Source: Spirochaetia bacterium
GTDB lineage: Bacteria > Spirochaetota > Spirochaetia > SZUA-6 > Bin103
Reading direction: 5' to 3'
DNA: 64,000 nt
NCBI GenBank assembly: GCA_965208065.1
Contig: OZ242313.1
Location: 1,349,171 to 1,413,170, forward strand
The translations under genes and the position numbers were made by a program. A model generated the notes under the pieces. The model did no database searches. It was not told the origin of the DNA and saw nothing but the letters and a program-made list of their open reading frames with translations. Shown piece by piece: positions 1 through 8,740 of this stretch; the stretch's first letter is position 1; every line of letters starts with the position of its first letter.

Positions 1-312
1 GGCGAACATGAGCAGCGCGCCGCCGAGCACCTGCCGCGGGGGAATCAGCCCCGCCTGCGTTACCCGCGTCGGGCCTACGCGGTCGGCGGTGTCGGCGCCG
101 TGGCGCGCGTCCGCCCAGTCGTTGTGCAGGTTGCAGCCCACCTGGATCAGCAGCGCGCCGGCCAGCGCCACCAGCACCCACCCCGGTGCAAACGCACCAT
201 GCCACAGTGCCAGCGCGCTGCCGGCCAGCACCGGCGCCACCGCCGCCCACAGCGTGCGCGGGCGAATCGCCAGCCACCAGGCACCGGCAGCCCCCGCCGG
301 TTGCCTGCTCAT
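1..312 (-). CDS. menA: 1,4-dihydroxy-2-naphthoate polyprenyltransferase (UbiA family), 5' part only; the gene runs off the left edge
   Basis: Reverse-strand ATG at 312-310. My own translation is MSRQPAGAAGAWWLAIRPRTLWAAVAPVLAGSALALW...QVGCNLHNDWADARHGADTADRVGPTR. It shows TM helices plus the N-D-x-x-D-x3-G-x-D prenyltransferase motif typical of MenA. Absent from the ORF track because it is truncated. Confidence 0.6.
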   Translation of the reverse strand, partial: MSRQPAGAAGAWWLAIRPRTLWAAVAPVLAGSALALWHGAFAPGWVLVALAGALLIQVGCNLHNDWADARHGADTADRVGPTRVTQAGLIPPRQVLGGALLMFA

Positions 313-359
313 GGAAGCGGCTCCCTCGTGCGCATCAGGCCCTGCCGCAACGCCGCCGG

Positions 360-1883
360 CTACAGGCGGTAGAGCTCGCCGAACTTGCCTTCCAGGTAGT
401 CCAGGAAGTAGCGCGCGTTCAGCGGCTCGCCGGTGACCTGCCGGCAGATGTCGGTGGCCGAGTACACTCGCCCATGGCGGTGGATCCGCTCCCGCAGCCA
501 GCCCAGGATGTGCGCGAACTCGCCGCGCCGTACCTGCTCCTCCCAGTCGCCGATGTCGCGCGCCATGGCGGCGTGAAACTGCGCACTGTAAAGGTTGCCG
601 AGGCTGTAGGTAGGGAAGTAACCGACCAGGAACATCGACCAGTGGATATCCTGCAGCACGCCGTCCGCGTCCTGCTCCGGTACGATGCCGAGCAGTTCCC
701 GCGACTCCTCGCGCCACGCCTCCGGCAGGTCGGCCACCTCGATTTCGCCGTCGACCAAGCGCCGCTCCAGGCCGAAGCGCAGCAGGATGTGCAGGTTGTA
801 GGTCACCTCGTCCGCCTCCACCCGGATCAGCGACGGCTGCACGGCGTTCACCGCCTGGTGGAACTGGTCCAGCCCGACGTCGGCCAGCGCCGGGAAGCGC
901 GGTTGCAACTCGGGGTAGAAGTGCTCCCAGAAGGCGCGCCGGCGGGCAATCAGGTTCTCCCAGAAGCGGGACTGAGACTCGCAGATGCCCAGCGAGGTGC
1001 CGTCGCCCAGCTCGGTGGTGGCCAGCTCCGGCGCCACCCCCAGGCCGTGCAGCCCGTGGCCGCACTCGTGGATGGTTCCGAAGATGCTCGCACTCAGCAG
1101 GTTGGGGTAGAAGCGGGTGGTGAGGCGGCCGTCGGCGGCGCCGAGCGTAGTGGAGAAGGGGTGCGCCGACACGTCCAGCCGCCCGGTCTGCGCGGAGAAG
1201 CCGAGCGCCTCCAGCAGGTAGTCGCTGAACGCGCGCTGCGCGGCCACGTCGTAGTCGCGGTGCAGCACGCTGTCGTCGAGCCGCACCCCCGACCCGGTGA
1301 TGCGTTGCAGCAGATCCACCAGAGGCGCACGCAGCGCGTCCAGGACGCCGCGCAGCTCCGCCGTCGTCATCCACGGCTCGAACTCGTCCAGCAGCGGGTC
1401 GTAACGGGTGTCCTCGAATCCCAGGCAGTCCGCCTTCTCGCGGGTGAGCTTGAGCGTGTGTTCCAGGTCGGCGCGGAAGATCGAGAAGTCGGACTTGGTG
1501 CGCGCCTCCACCCAGGTGGCGTGGTTTACGCTGCTCTGGCGCGCCATCGCCTTGACCAGGTCCCCCGGCAGCCGGGTGGCGCGGTCGTAGCCGCGGCGCA
1601 GTTCACGCACCAGCGCACGGTCCAGTTCGGTCAGGTCGGAACGCGACTCGGCGGCGCCTATCAGGTCGCCCATCTCCGCGGTGGTGCGGCGCGCGTGCAC
1701 CTCGCCCTCCAGCAGAGCAAGCTGATCGGCGCGTTCGTCGATCCCGGCGGGCGGCATGCAGGTCTCCTGGTCCCACTGCAGCAGCCCCGCCACGTGTTCC
1801 AGCAGGTGAATCTCGCGGTCAAGCCGCTTGAGGCGACCCAGGGAGTCGGTCTGGTTTCGGCTGTTACTCATCGCCTGCATCAT
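360..1883 (-). CDS. M32 family metallocarboxypeptidase (carboxypeptidase Taq-like)
   Basis: ORF 360..2048(-). HExxH motif (IHECGHGLH) and the downstream GICESQSRFWEN motif are typical of M32. Start trimmed to the ATG-ATG at 1883/1880 (MMQAMSNSRNQ) because the upstream 55 codons are Arg/Pro-rich and non-homologous. Confidence 0.85.
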   Translation of the reverse strand: MMQAMSNSRNQTDSLGRLKRLDREIHLLEHVAGLLQWDQETCMPPAGIDERADQLALLEGEVHARRTTAEMGDLIGAAESRSDLTELDRALVRELRRGYDRATRLPGDLVKAMARQSSVNHATWVEARTKSDFSIFRADLEHTLKLTREKADCLGFEDTRYDPLLDEFEPWMTTAELRGVLDALRAPLVDLLQRITGSGVRLDDSVLHRDYDVAAQRAFSDYLLEALGFSAQTGRLDVSAHPFSTTLGAADGRLTTRFYPNLLSASIFGTIHECGHGLHGLGVAPELATTELGDGTSLGICESQSRFWENLIARRRAFWEHFYPELQPRFPALADVGLDQFHQAVNAVQPSLIRVEADEVTYNLHILLRFGLERRLVDGEIEVADLPEAWREESRELLGIVPEQDADGVLQDIHWSMFLVGYFPTYSLGNLYSAQFHAAMARDIGDWEEQVRRGEFAHILGWLRERIHRHGRVYSATDICRQVTGEPLNARYFLDYLEGKFGELYRL

Positions 1884-1986
1884 AACGGCCGGCCGCAGCT
1901 CCGTGTTGCGGGCCGGAGGTGGGCCGAGTGGGCCGAGTAGCAGGCCACGGCGGGATCGCGTTACGATAGCGCGAGGTGGTTGCCGC

Positions 1987-2427
1987 ATGGCGGTGCGAGA
2001 ACGCTGGAGGAGAACCAGTCCCATCAGATGGTCGACGCCGCAGTGCATCGATCTGGTCCTTGCCCCGGTGGCGGCGGAGCGGCACCTGGAAGCGTGCTAC
2101 CTGTTCGGCTCGCGCGCTGCCGGAAGTGCCACCCCCGAGTCCGACCTCGACGTGGCCATCTATACCGATAGCCGGTTCACCGGCGACGACCTGCTTGAGC
2201 TGGGAGCGGAACTCACTCGCCGGCTGCAGTCGGATCGGGTGCACCTGGTATGGCTCAACCGCGCGGATCCGGTGGTGGCGTTCTCGGTTCTCCGCGATGG
2301 CAAGCTGCTGCACTATCGAGACGCCGACCGGCTGAACGACATCGAGCGGCGCCTTACGCTGCTGTATCGCGACCACATGCTCTACCTTCAACGGCGCAGG
2401 AGCCGGCGCAGTGGTATACCGGCCTGA
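1987..2427 (+). CDS. mntA: Nucleotidyltransferase-domain antitoxin (MNT/MntA-like)
   Basis: GSRAAGSATPESDLDVAIY matches the GSxxxGx5SDxD minimal nucleotidyltransferase motif. Internal ATG at 1987 is preceded by GAGGTGG. It overlaps the downstream HEPN gene by 17 nt. Confidence 0.8.
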   Translation: MAVRERWRRTSPIRWSTPQCIDLVLAPVAAERHLEACYLFGSRAAGSATPESDLDVAIYTDSRFTGDDLLELGAELTRRLQSDRVHLVWLNRADPVVAFSVLRDGKLLHYRDADRLNDIERRLTLLYRDHMLYLQRRRSRRSGIPA

Positions 2428-2863
2428 CAGCGTAGCCAAGCGGCTGGAGAAGCTGCGCGGATATCGGGTCGACCTGGCGCAGTGGCGGGATCTCTCGCTG
2501 GACGAGTACCTGGCGTCCCGCACCACGCGCTACGCCGTGGAGCGGCTGCTCCACCTGGTAGCCGAGGCGGTTCTGGACATCCTGGATCACCTGTTGAGCG
2601 CCCAACAGGAGATCGTCAGCGACACGTACGAGGACGTGCTCTCGAATGCACACCGCGGCGGCTTCCTGAGCGAGGAGCGCTACCGCGAGCTGCGCGGCCT
2701 GGGCGGCTTCCGCAATGTGCTGGTCCATGAATACGTCGGCCTGGACGACGCCACCGTGTACCGGCAGATGGGCAAGATGAACCGGGTGCTGCCCAATCTC
2801 CTGAACGATCTCGAACTGCTCGTGCAGCCTCCGGACGACCCTCCCGGGGCCGCGCAACCGTAG
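2411..2863 (+). CDS. hepT: HEPN-domain (DUF86) toxin HepT
   Basis: Carries the R-x4-H-x-Y motif (RNVLVHEY) characteristic of DUF86/HepT RNases. Translationally coupled to the MNT gene. Confidence 0.85.
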   Translation: MVYRPDSVAKRLEKLRGYRVDLAQWRDLSLDEYLASRTTRYAVERLLHLVAEAVLDILDHLLSAQQEIVSDTYEDVLSNAHRGGFLSEERYRELRGLGGFRNVLVHEYVGLDDATVYRQMGKMNRVLPNLLNDLELLVQPPDDPPGAAQP

Positions 2864-2866
2864 ACC

Positions 2867-4033
2867 TTACGTGCGCGTGCCGGCGAGGGTGGTGGCGAGG
2901 CGGCGCAGGCTGGCGGCGTTGTGGGCGGCGGCGAACACGTCCACGAACGGCAGCGCGGCGCGCATGCCGCGCGTCTGCGGGCGGTAGTCGGGGTTGCCGA
3001 GCAGGGGGTTGAGCCAGATCACCAGGGCGGCGCGGCGCTGGATCTCCTCCATGCAGCCGCTCAGCAGGTCGATGTCGCCGGTGTCCCAGCCGTCGCTCAG
3101 GATGGCCACCACGGTGCGCCGGTCGAGGGCGGTGCGCCCATGGTCCTTCAGGTACTGTTCGAGCGAGGTGCCGATGCGGGTGCCGCCGGCCCACTCCGGC
3201 ACCGTGGCGGCCAGGTGGTCGAGGGCGGCGGCCAGGTTGGGGCCGCGCAACTGGTCGGTGATGCGGTGCAGGCCGGTGCTGAACACGAACGTCTCGATGC
3301 GCCGGTAGGCGCGCTGGAAGGCGAACATGAACTGGATCAGGAAGCGGCTGTACAGGTCCATCGACTTGCTGACGTCGCAGATCAGCGCCAGTTTCAAGCG
3401 CCGGCGGCGGCGGCGCAACAGCGCCAGGTCGAGCAACTCGCCAGAGCGCAGGCCGGCGCGCAAGGTGCGGCGCAGGTCGAGGCGCACGCCGCGCGTGCCC
3501 GGCTGGTAGCGGCGCGACAGGGAGCGGGCGAGTTGCCGGCCAATGACCAGCAGCAGGTGCGACATCTCCTCCAGTTCGGCGGCGCTCAGCAGCGCGAAGT
3601 CGGTGCGCGCCGGCACCTGCTGCGGGCTGTAGGCGGCGGCCGAGACCTCGCGGTCGGGGGCCAGATTGGCGTCGCCCTCGTACTGCACCGACTGCTTGCC
3701 GCGCTGCGGCAGCCGGAGCGGCGGCAGGACGCTGTCGGCCGAATCCGGCTCGTCCAGGTCGGCTTCCGCGAGGTGGTCCCAGTACACCGGGTAGCAGGCG
3801 TCGAACAGCTCCTGCTCGTCGCGGCTCTTGGCGGTGGCGGCGCGCAGCGCCATGCGAAACCGCTCCCGGTCGTGCAGCGCCAGGGCGGCGGCGCGCGCTG
3901 CGTCGGTCTGTTCGCCGAGGCCGAGGCCGATGCCCGACTCGCGCAGGTAGCGGCAGAACCCCACCACGCGCGCCGTCAGCGCGCGCTCGCCCTGTCCCTC
4001 GCGGAGGATTGCGCTACTCACCCTGCCTGGCAT
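2867..4033 (-). CDS. VWA domain-containing CoxE-like protein
   Basis: 388-aa ORF. The C-terminal half (ICDVSKSMDLYSRF...ILSDGWDTGD) is a von Willebrand A / MIDAS-type pattern as in CoxE-family proteins. Its start lies 5 nt downstream of the stop of the MoxR gene. Confidence 0.75.
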   Translation of the reverse strand: MPGRVSSAILREGQGERALTARVVGFCRYLRESGIGLGLGEQTDAARAAALALHDRERFRMALRAATAKSRDEQELFDACYPVYWDHLAEADLDEPDSADSVLPPLRLPQRGKQSVQYEGDANLAPDREVSAAAYSPQQVPARTDFALLSAAELEEMSHLLLVIGRQLARSLSRRYQPGTRGVRLDLRRTLRAGLRSGELLDLALLRRRRRRLKLALICDVSKSMDLYSRFLIQFMFAFQRAYRRIETFVFSTGLHRITDQLRGPNLAAALDHLAATVPEWAGGTRIGTSLEQYLKDHGRTALDRRTVVAILSDGWDTGDIDLLSGCMEEIQRRAALVIWLNPLLGNPDYRPQTRGMRAALPFVDVFAAAHNAASLRRLATTLAGTRT

Positions 4034-4038
4034 CGCCG

Positions 4039-4926
4039 CTATTCGGCGGCGGCCATGGCGGTGAGCATCTCGCCGGCGCGGCGGCGCACGTGGGTCACGT
4101 CGTCCTGGCTCTTGAACAGCACGCCGAGCGTGGCCGCCACCGTCGCCTCGTCGAGATGGTCGCGGTGCAGCGCCACCAGCGTGGTCGCCCAGTCGAGCGT
4201 CTCCGCCACGCCCGGCACCTTCTCCAGCGGCTCGCGGCGCGCCGCCTCCACGAAACGGCAGATTTGCTCCGCCAGCTGGCGGTCAATGCCGTCTACGCGG
4301 CGCCGCACGATGGCCAGTTCCTTGCCGAAGTCGGGGTAGTCGATCCACAGGTACAGGCAGCGCCGCCGCACCGCGTCGGACAGGTCGCGGGTGCGGTTGC
4401 TGGTTACCACCACGTACGGCACCTGGCGTGCGCTTACGGTGCCCAGCTCGGGAATCGAGATCTGCCAGTCGGACAGCACTTCCAGCAGGAACGCCTCGAA
4501 CTCCTCGTCGGCGCGGTCCAACTCGTCCACCAGCAGCACCGGGCTGCGGTGGTGAGTAATCGCCTGCAGCAGCGGGCGCTTGAGCAGGTAGCGTTCGTCG
4601 AACAGTTCGCTTTCACGCTCGGCCAGCGAAGCGTTGTCGTGTTCGCTCAGGCGGATGTGCAGCAACTGGCGCTTGTAGTCCCACTCGTAAAGTGCGGTGC
4701 TGGCGTCCAGCCCCTCGTAGCACTGCAGGCGAATCAGGTCGGTGTCGAGGGCGCGCGCCATCACCTTGGCAATCTCGGTCTTGCCCACGCCGGCGGGCCC
4801 CTCCACCAGGAGCGGCTTGCGGAGCAGCTCGGCGATCAGCAGCGAGGTGACGATGGCCTGGTCGGCGATGTAGTTCTGCTGCTCCAGCAGGCTGGCGATG
4901 CGCGCAGCTTCGCGGTCGGTATTCAT
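4039..4926 (-). CDS. MoxR-like AAA+ ATPase (CoxD-like)
   Basis: Walker A LLVEGPAGVGKT and Walker B LLVDELDRA, with a MoxR/CoxD-like layout. Start chosen at ATG 4926 (MNTDREAARI); ATG 4941 is also possible. The longer ORF to 5115 overlaps the divergent PhyH gene. Confidence 0.8.
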   Translation of the reverse strand: MNTDREAARIASLLEQQNYIADQAIVTSLLIAELLRKPLLVEGPAGVGKTEIAKVMARALDTDLIRLQCYEGLDASTALYEWDYKRQLLHIRLSEHDNASLAERESELFDERYLLKRPLLQAITHHRSPVLLVDELDRADEEFEAFLLEVLSDWQISIPELGTVSARQVPYVVVTSNRTRDLSDAVRRRCLYLWIDYPDFGKELAIVRRRVDGIDRQLAEQICRFVEAARREPLEKVPGVAETLDWATTLVALHRDHLDEATVAATLGVLFKSQDDVTHVRRRAGEMLTAMAAAE

Positions 4927-4964
4927 CGGCGTGACGAGCATACCGAAGATGATAGAATCAAGAT

Positions 4965-5789
4965 ATGTCAGCAACCGAAACCGCACCCGCCACCGTTGCC
5001 GGCGCCGCAAGCGAGGAATTGCTTGCCCAATGGCGCGAGCAGGGCTACCTGCTGCTTCGCCAGGTGATCCCGCGCGACCAGGCGGCCGCCTTCCTGGCGG
5101 CCGCTGACGAGGCAATCGCCGCCTACGAGGCGGAGCCGGGCTTCGCGCATCCCGGTTCGTACACCATCGTGCAGGCGATCTGGCGCACCGCCGGGCTCGA
5201 CGACCTGATCGACCATCCCGGCACGTTCCCGACCATCCTGGGGCTGATGGGCCCCTACCTGCAGCTCATGGGTACGCAGATCTACGTACGCCCGGCGGGC
5301 CGCGAGTCCGATTTCCAGTGGCACACCGACGCCGGGCGCTCGCTGCAGCAGATCCGCGTCACCGACGACAGCCTGCCGTTGAACTTCAAGGTGCAGTTTT
5401 TCCTGACCGACATCCCCGAACCGGACCGCGCCAACTTCTGCCTGGTGCCCGGCAGCCACCGGCATGAGTTTCCGGAGGCCGGATTTCCCGCCGGCACCGA
5501 CCCTGACGGGGCGATTCAGCTGCGTGTGCAGGCCGGCGACGTGGCGATCTTCCCGCACAACCTGTGGCACAGCGTCGCGCCCAACCACGGCGACTCGGTA
5601 CGGCGCAGCGTCACGTTCCGCTACGGGCAGATGTGGTGCCGCCCCTACGACTACGAAAAGGCGCCCGCCGAGGTGCTCGCGCGCATGCCAAAACGGCGCC
5701 GCCGCCTGCTCGGCGACCTGGGCGAAGCGTACATCGCCACCGACTACTACAAGCCGCACGACCAGCTCGAGGTGATGCTCGGCACCTGA
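4965..5789 (+). CDS. Phytanoyl-CoA dioxygenase (PhyH) family Fe(II)/2OG oxygenase
   Basis: H-x-D (WHTDAG) and distal His (NLWHSVAPN) in a PhyH-like context. 274 aa. Confidence 0.8.
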   Translation: MSATETAPATVAGAASEELLAQWREQGYLLLRQVIPRDQAAAFLAAADEAIAAYEAEPGFAHPGSYTIVQAIWRTAGLDDLIDHPGTFPTILGLMGPYLQLMGTQIYVRPAGRESDFQWHTDAGRSLQQIRVTDDSLPLNFKVQFFLTDIPEPDRANFCLVPGSHRHEFPEAGFPAGTDPDGAIQLRVQAGDVAIFPHNLWHSVAPNHGDSVRRSVTFRYGQMWCRPYDYEKAPAEVLARMPKRRRRLLGDLGEAYIATDYYKPHDQLEVMLGT

Positions 5790-5888
5790 CGCAGTGTTGC
5801 GAAATCATAACCGTCGTTTTATTGGCCGACAAAACTGGGCGGGTACGTTTCCTTGCATCACTTCACATCAATCGCACGGAGGTACGGA

Positions 5889-6758
5889 ATGAGATTGATG
5901 AAGCGGGCCGCCGCAGCGGCGGCCGTTTTACTGGTGGCCGGTTTGCCGCTGGCGGCAGACAACCACGCTCCGCCCGGTGTCCTGGTTACGGATGTCGACC
6001 CGAACGGTCCCGCGGCCGCGGCGGGTGTGCAGAGCGGCGACCTGATCGTCGGCATCGACGGTCAGCCGGTGGCGCACATCGGCGATCTGACCGGGGCCCT
6101 GGCGGATGCCGAGCACGCCGAGGTCACCCTCACCATCAAGCGCGGCGACGAGATGGTCGACCAGGTCGTGGCGATCGACTACGTGTGGCAGCGCCCCCGC
6201 CTTGGGCTGATGGTGTCCAACGTGCAGCCGCAGCACGAGCAGCTCGGCATGGACAAGGAACCGGGCGGCGAGATGACGCCGGATGCCGGCGAGTTCACGT
6301 TCGAGGAGCTTGCGGCTCCGGGCGCGATCGTGCTGGAGGTGGTTCCCGACAGCCCGGCCGCCGCGGCGGGCCTGCAACCCGGCGACTGGATCACCGCCAT
6401 CGACGGCACCGAGCTGAGCGAAGCGGCTGGTAATCTGGGCGAGGTGATCGGCGGCTTCGAGCCCGGCGCCAGCATCAGTCTCGACTATGAGCGTGACGGC
6501 GAGGCGATGAGCGCCGCGGTGACCCTCGGCGAGCACCCGGAGACCGGTACCGCGCTGCTCGGCCTGCGCTATCGGCCGTGGCCGTTCTTCCAGATGCGCG
6601 CGTTCGGACGCGGCGACCTGGACCCGGAGGCGATGCAGGAGTGGATCGAGCGCCACCGCGAGCGGTTCGAACGGATGCGGCGCAACTTCCGGTATATGCA
6701 GCCGGATGCGCCGCAGCCAGAGGCTGCCCCGGAGGCAAGCCCGCAGGGCGCCATGTAG
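5889..6758 (+). CDS. Secreted protein with two PDZ domains
   Basis: Signal-like N-terminus MRLMKRAAAAAAVLLVAGLPLAADN after GGAGG. Two PDZ-like segments (GVLVTDVDPNGPAAAAGVQSGDLIVGIDG and GAIVLEVVPDSPAAAAGLQPGDWITAIDG). No protease domain. Confidence 0.7.
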   Translation: MRLMKRAAAAAAVLLVAGLPLAADNHAPPGVLVTDVDPNGPAAAAGVQSGDLIVGIDGQPVAHIGDLTGALADAEHAEVTLTIKRGDEMVDQVVAIDYVWQRPRLGLMVSNVQPQHEQLGMDKEPGGEMTPDAGEFTFEELAAPGAIVLEVVPDSPAAAAGLQPGDWITAIDGTELSEAAGNLGEVIGGFEPGASISLDYERDGEAMSAAVTLGEHPETGTALLGLRYRPWPFFQMRAFGRGDLDPEAMQEWIERHRERFERMRRNFRYMQPDAPQPEAAPEASPQGAM

Positions 6759-6853
6759 CCGCCGGCCCGGCCCGGCGGCCGCGGACCGGCGCCGCGGGTA
6801 CGCACGACTCCCCGTGATGCCCCGCGCTGCCGAGCCGGGAGTCCCCTCCCACA

Positions 6854-6884
6854 CCGCCGCGCGCCGTCCCCCGGCGCGCGGCGG
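6854..6884. terminator. Perfect 13-bp GC stem / 5-nt loop hairpin between convergent genes (candidate bidirectional terminator)
   Basis: CCGCCGCGCGCCG-tcccc-CGGCGCGCGGCGG was read directly from the sequence. A second 8-bp hairpin lies at 6758-6779. No U-tract, so it may be a stabiliser rather than an intrinsic terminator. Confidence 0.45.
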
Positions 6885-6901
6885 TCCTGCGTTGCCGCGG
6901 A

Positions 6902-7684
6902 TCAGCCGGTGGCGCGCACCTCGTTGAGCCACGCCATCACGTCATGGGCGCCCTGGGTCAGGAACCCGTAGTCCCCCACCGCCAGCACGAACAGGAAGCC
7001 GTCCTTCAGGCACTGCTCGGCGCCGCGCCCGCCGGTGGCGATGCCCGGCAGCTTGCCTACCCGCACGCAGGTCTCGCGAATCTCGCGAATCACCGCGGCG
7101 TGGCGCTCGCGGTCCGCCGGCTTGCTCAGGTCCACGCCCATGGTGCGGCTCAGGTCGCCGGGGCCGATCATGCAGCCGTCCACGCCCTCGACGCTGAGGA
7201 TCTCCGCGGCCGCCTCCGCCGCCTGCGCGGTCTCGATCTGCACCATCAGCAGCACCTCGTCGTCGGCGCAGGCCGAGTAGTCGCTGCCGTAGCTCAGGTA
7301 GCCGGTGGGGCCGCCGCCCGAGCGCTTGCCGAGCGGCGGGTATCGCACCGCCTCGACCGCCCGCTGCGCCTCGGCGGGGCTGTTGACCATCGGTACGATG
7401 ATGCTCAGCGCACCCCGGTCGAGCAGCCGGCCGATCGCCGCGTAGTCGTTGTCCGGCACCCGCACCGACGGGGTCGCCGGCCCGATCAGGATGTGGTGCA
7501 GCGCCTGCATGGCGAGAGTGTCGTCCCACACGCCGTGCTGGCAGTCCACCTGGACGAAATCGAACCCGGCCAGGGAGAACATCTCGCCGACCAGCGGGCA
7601 GCCAATGGCAAGCTCTGCGCCAACCACCGGCTCGCCGGCCAGCATCTTGCGTTTCATGGTGTTGTGCTTCACGCGTCCCACCAT
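6902..7684 (-). CDS. HpcH/HpaI family aldolase
   Basis: The C-terminal 250-260 aa of ORF 6902..8434(-) look like HpcH/HpaI 2-keto-3-deoxy-acid aldolases: ...MKRKMLAGEPVVGAELAIG...FDFVQVDCQHG...LLMVQIETAQA...GCMIGPGDLS. Start at 7684 (MVGRV) or 7657 (MKRKML). The upstream part of the ORF is spurious. Confidence 0.75.
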   Translation of the reverse strand: MVGRVKHNTMKRKMLAGEPVVGAELAIGCPLVGEMFSLAGFDFVQVDCQHGVWDDTLAMQALHHILIGPATPSVRVPDNDYAAIGRLLDRGALSIIVPMVNSPAEAQRAVEAVRYPPLGKRSGGGPTGYLSYGSDYSACADDEVLLMVQIETAQAAEAAAEILSVEGVDGCMIGPGDLSRTMGVDLSKPADRERHAAVIREIRETCVRVGKLPGIATGGRGAEQCLKDGFLFVLAVGDYGFLTQGAHDVMAWLNEVRATG

Positions 7685-7731
7685 GACGGCAAAAGGGAAC
7701 CGGGTAAAGGGCCGGCGGCGCCGGCGCGGCA

Positions 7732-8607
7732 CTACGAGCGCAACTGCTTCCAGTACGACTCGCGCGGCACCGACGGCCGGAAGTCGCAGCGCGGGACGCC
7801 CAGGGCGTGCAGGGTGGCGCGTTCCAGGAGCGAGTATTCGCCGGCGTCGGCGCGTTGCAGCGTGAACGGCTCGCGCAGGACCATCGGCGGGTTGGACATG
7901 AAGCGCGGCCGCCCGGAGTGGTTGTTGGAGGAGGCGTGCAGCATGAACGGGTGCATGATCGCCAGCGTGCCGGGGGGCCCGGTCAGCTCCATGAACTCGC
8001 GGCACTCGCCGATCAGGCTTCCGAACGCGCCGGGGTCGGCGCCCTCGGGGCGTTTCGCCAGGTAGCGGGCCACCACACCGACCGAGTCGGGCGCGATGAA
8101 GGTGCCGCCGCCGCGCGGCGCCACGTCCGACCACAGCAGCACGATCAGCAGCGCCTGCTCGCGGCTGTCGAGAAAGTGGCGGAAGTAGCTGCCGTCCTTG
8201 TGCCAGCCGGGGACGTCCGGCCCCGGCGCAAGCCACGGCCGATCGGCGCCGCGCCGGAAGTTGACGATGAACGAATCCGACCACTCGAAGGCGTTGATGG
8301 TGGTGAAATGACGCGACTCGATCTCGTACACGTGCGGATCGATGCGCTGCTCGCCGCCCACCACGTCGCACAGCGCACCCCAACCGCGCGGCGAGATCTC
8401 CTTCACCGGTGCGGTGGAGTGGCGGTCCATCCACACGATCTCCTCGCTCCAGGTGGCGGGATCTTCGGCGTCGTAGCCAAGGCGCCGGTAGGCCAGCTCG
8501 GTCCAGCGGCGCGCCAGATCGGGGTCCAGACAGCCGGGCACCACCACGTAGCCCTGCTCCACGAAGTGATCCGCCTGCTCGCCGGTCAGGGTGGCAAGAG
8601 AAGCCAT
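7732..8607 (-). CDS. PhyH-like Fe(II)/2OG dioxygenase family protein
   Basis: The last 291 codons of ORF 7732..9783(-), starting at MASLATLTGEQADHFVEQGYVVV. H-x-D (GWHKDG) and distal His (FMLHASSNN). The N-terminal 390 codons of the ORF are a shadow over the sulfatase gene. Confidence 0.65.
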   Translation of the reverse strand: MASLATLTGEQADHFVEQGYVVVPGCLDPDLARRWTELAYRRLGYDAEDPATWSEEIVWMDRHSTAPVKEISPRGWGALCDVVGGEQRIDPHVYEIESRHFTTINAFEWSDSFIVNFRRGADRPWLAPGPDVPGWHKDGSYFRHFLDSREQALLIVLLWSDVAPRGGGTFIAPDSVGVVARYLAKRPEGADPGAFGSLIGECREFMELTGPPGTLAIMHPFMLHASSNNHSGRPRFMSNPPMVLREPFTLQRADAGEYSLLERATLHALGVPRCDFRPSVPRESYWKQLRS

Positions 8608-8740
8608 CGCAACATCACCGCCTTCGCTCCCGCATCGTACACCGGATTCGCATCGCGCCGCGCGCGAATTGGCAAGGCAGCGAAAGTGGCGGTGCTGCCG
8701 CCCCCGGCGCCTTCGCGCGACTCGCCCGGCTGGCCGGTGG

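Noticed and set aside
186-1940. 584-aa ORF on the + strand
   Set aside because: It lies antisense to the well-supported M32 carboxypeptidase gene. The translation is Arg/Ala/Gly/Pro/Val-rich with no motif. This is a typical high-GC shadow ORF.
2867-4926. CoxD/CoxE-like genes as evidence for a carbon monoxide dehydrogenase locus
   Set aside because: No coxL/M/S-type genes occur in the window. MoxR-VWA pairs occur in many contexts.
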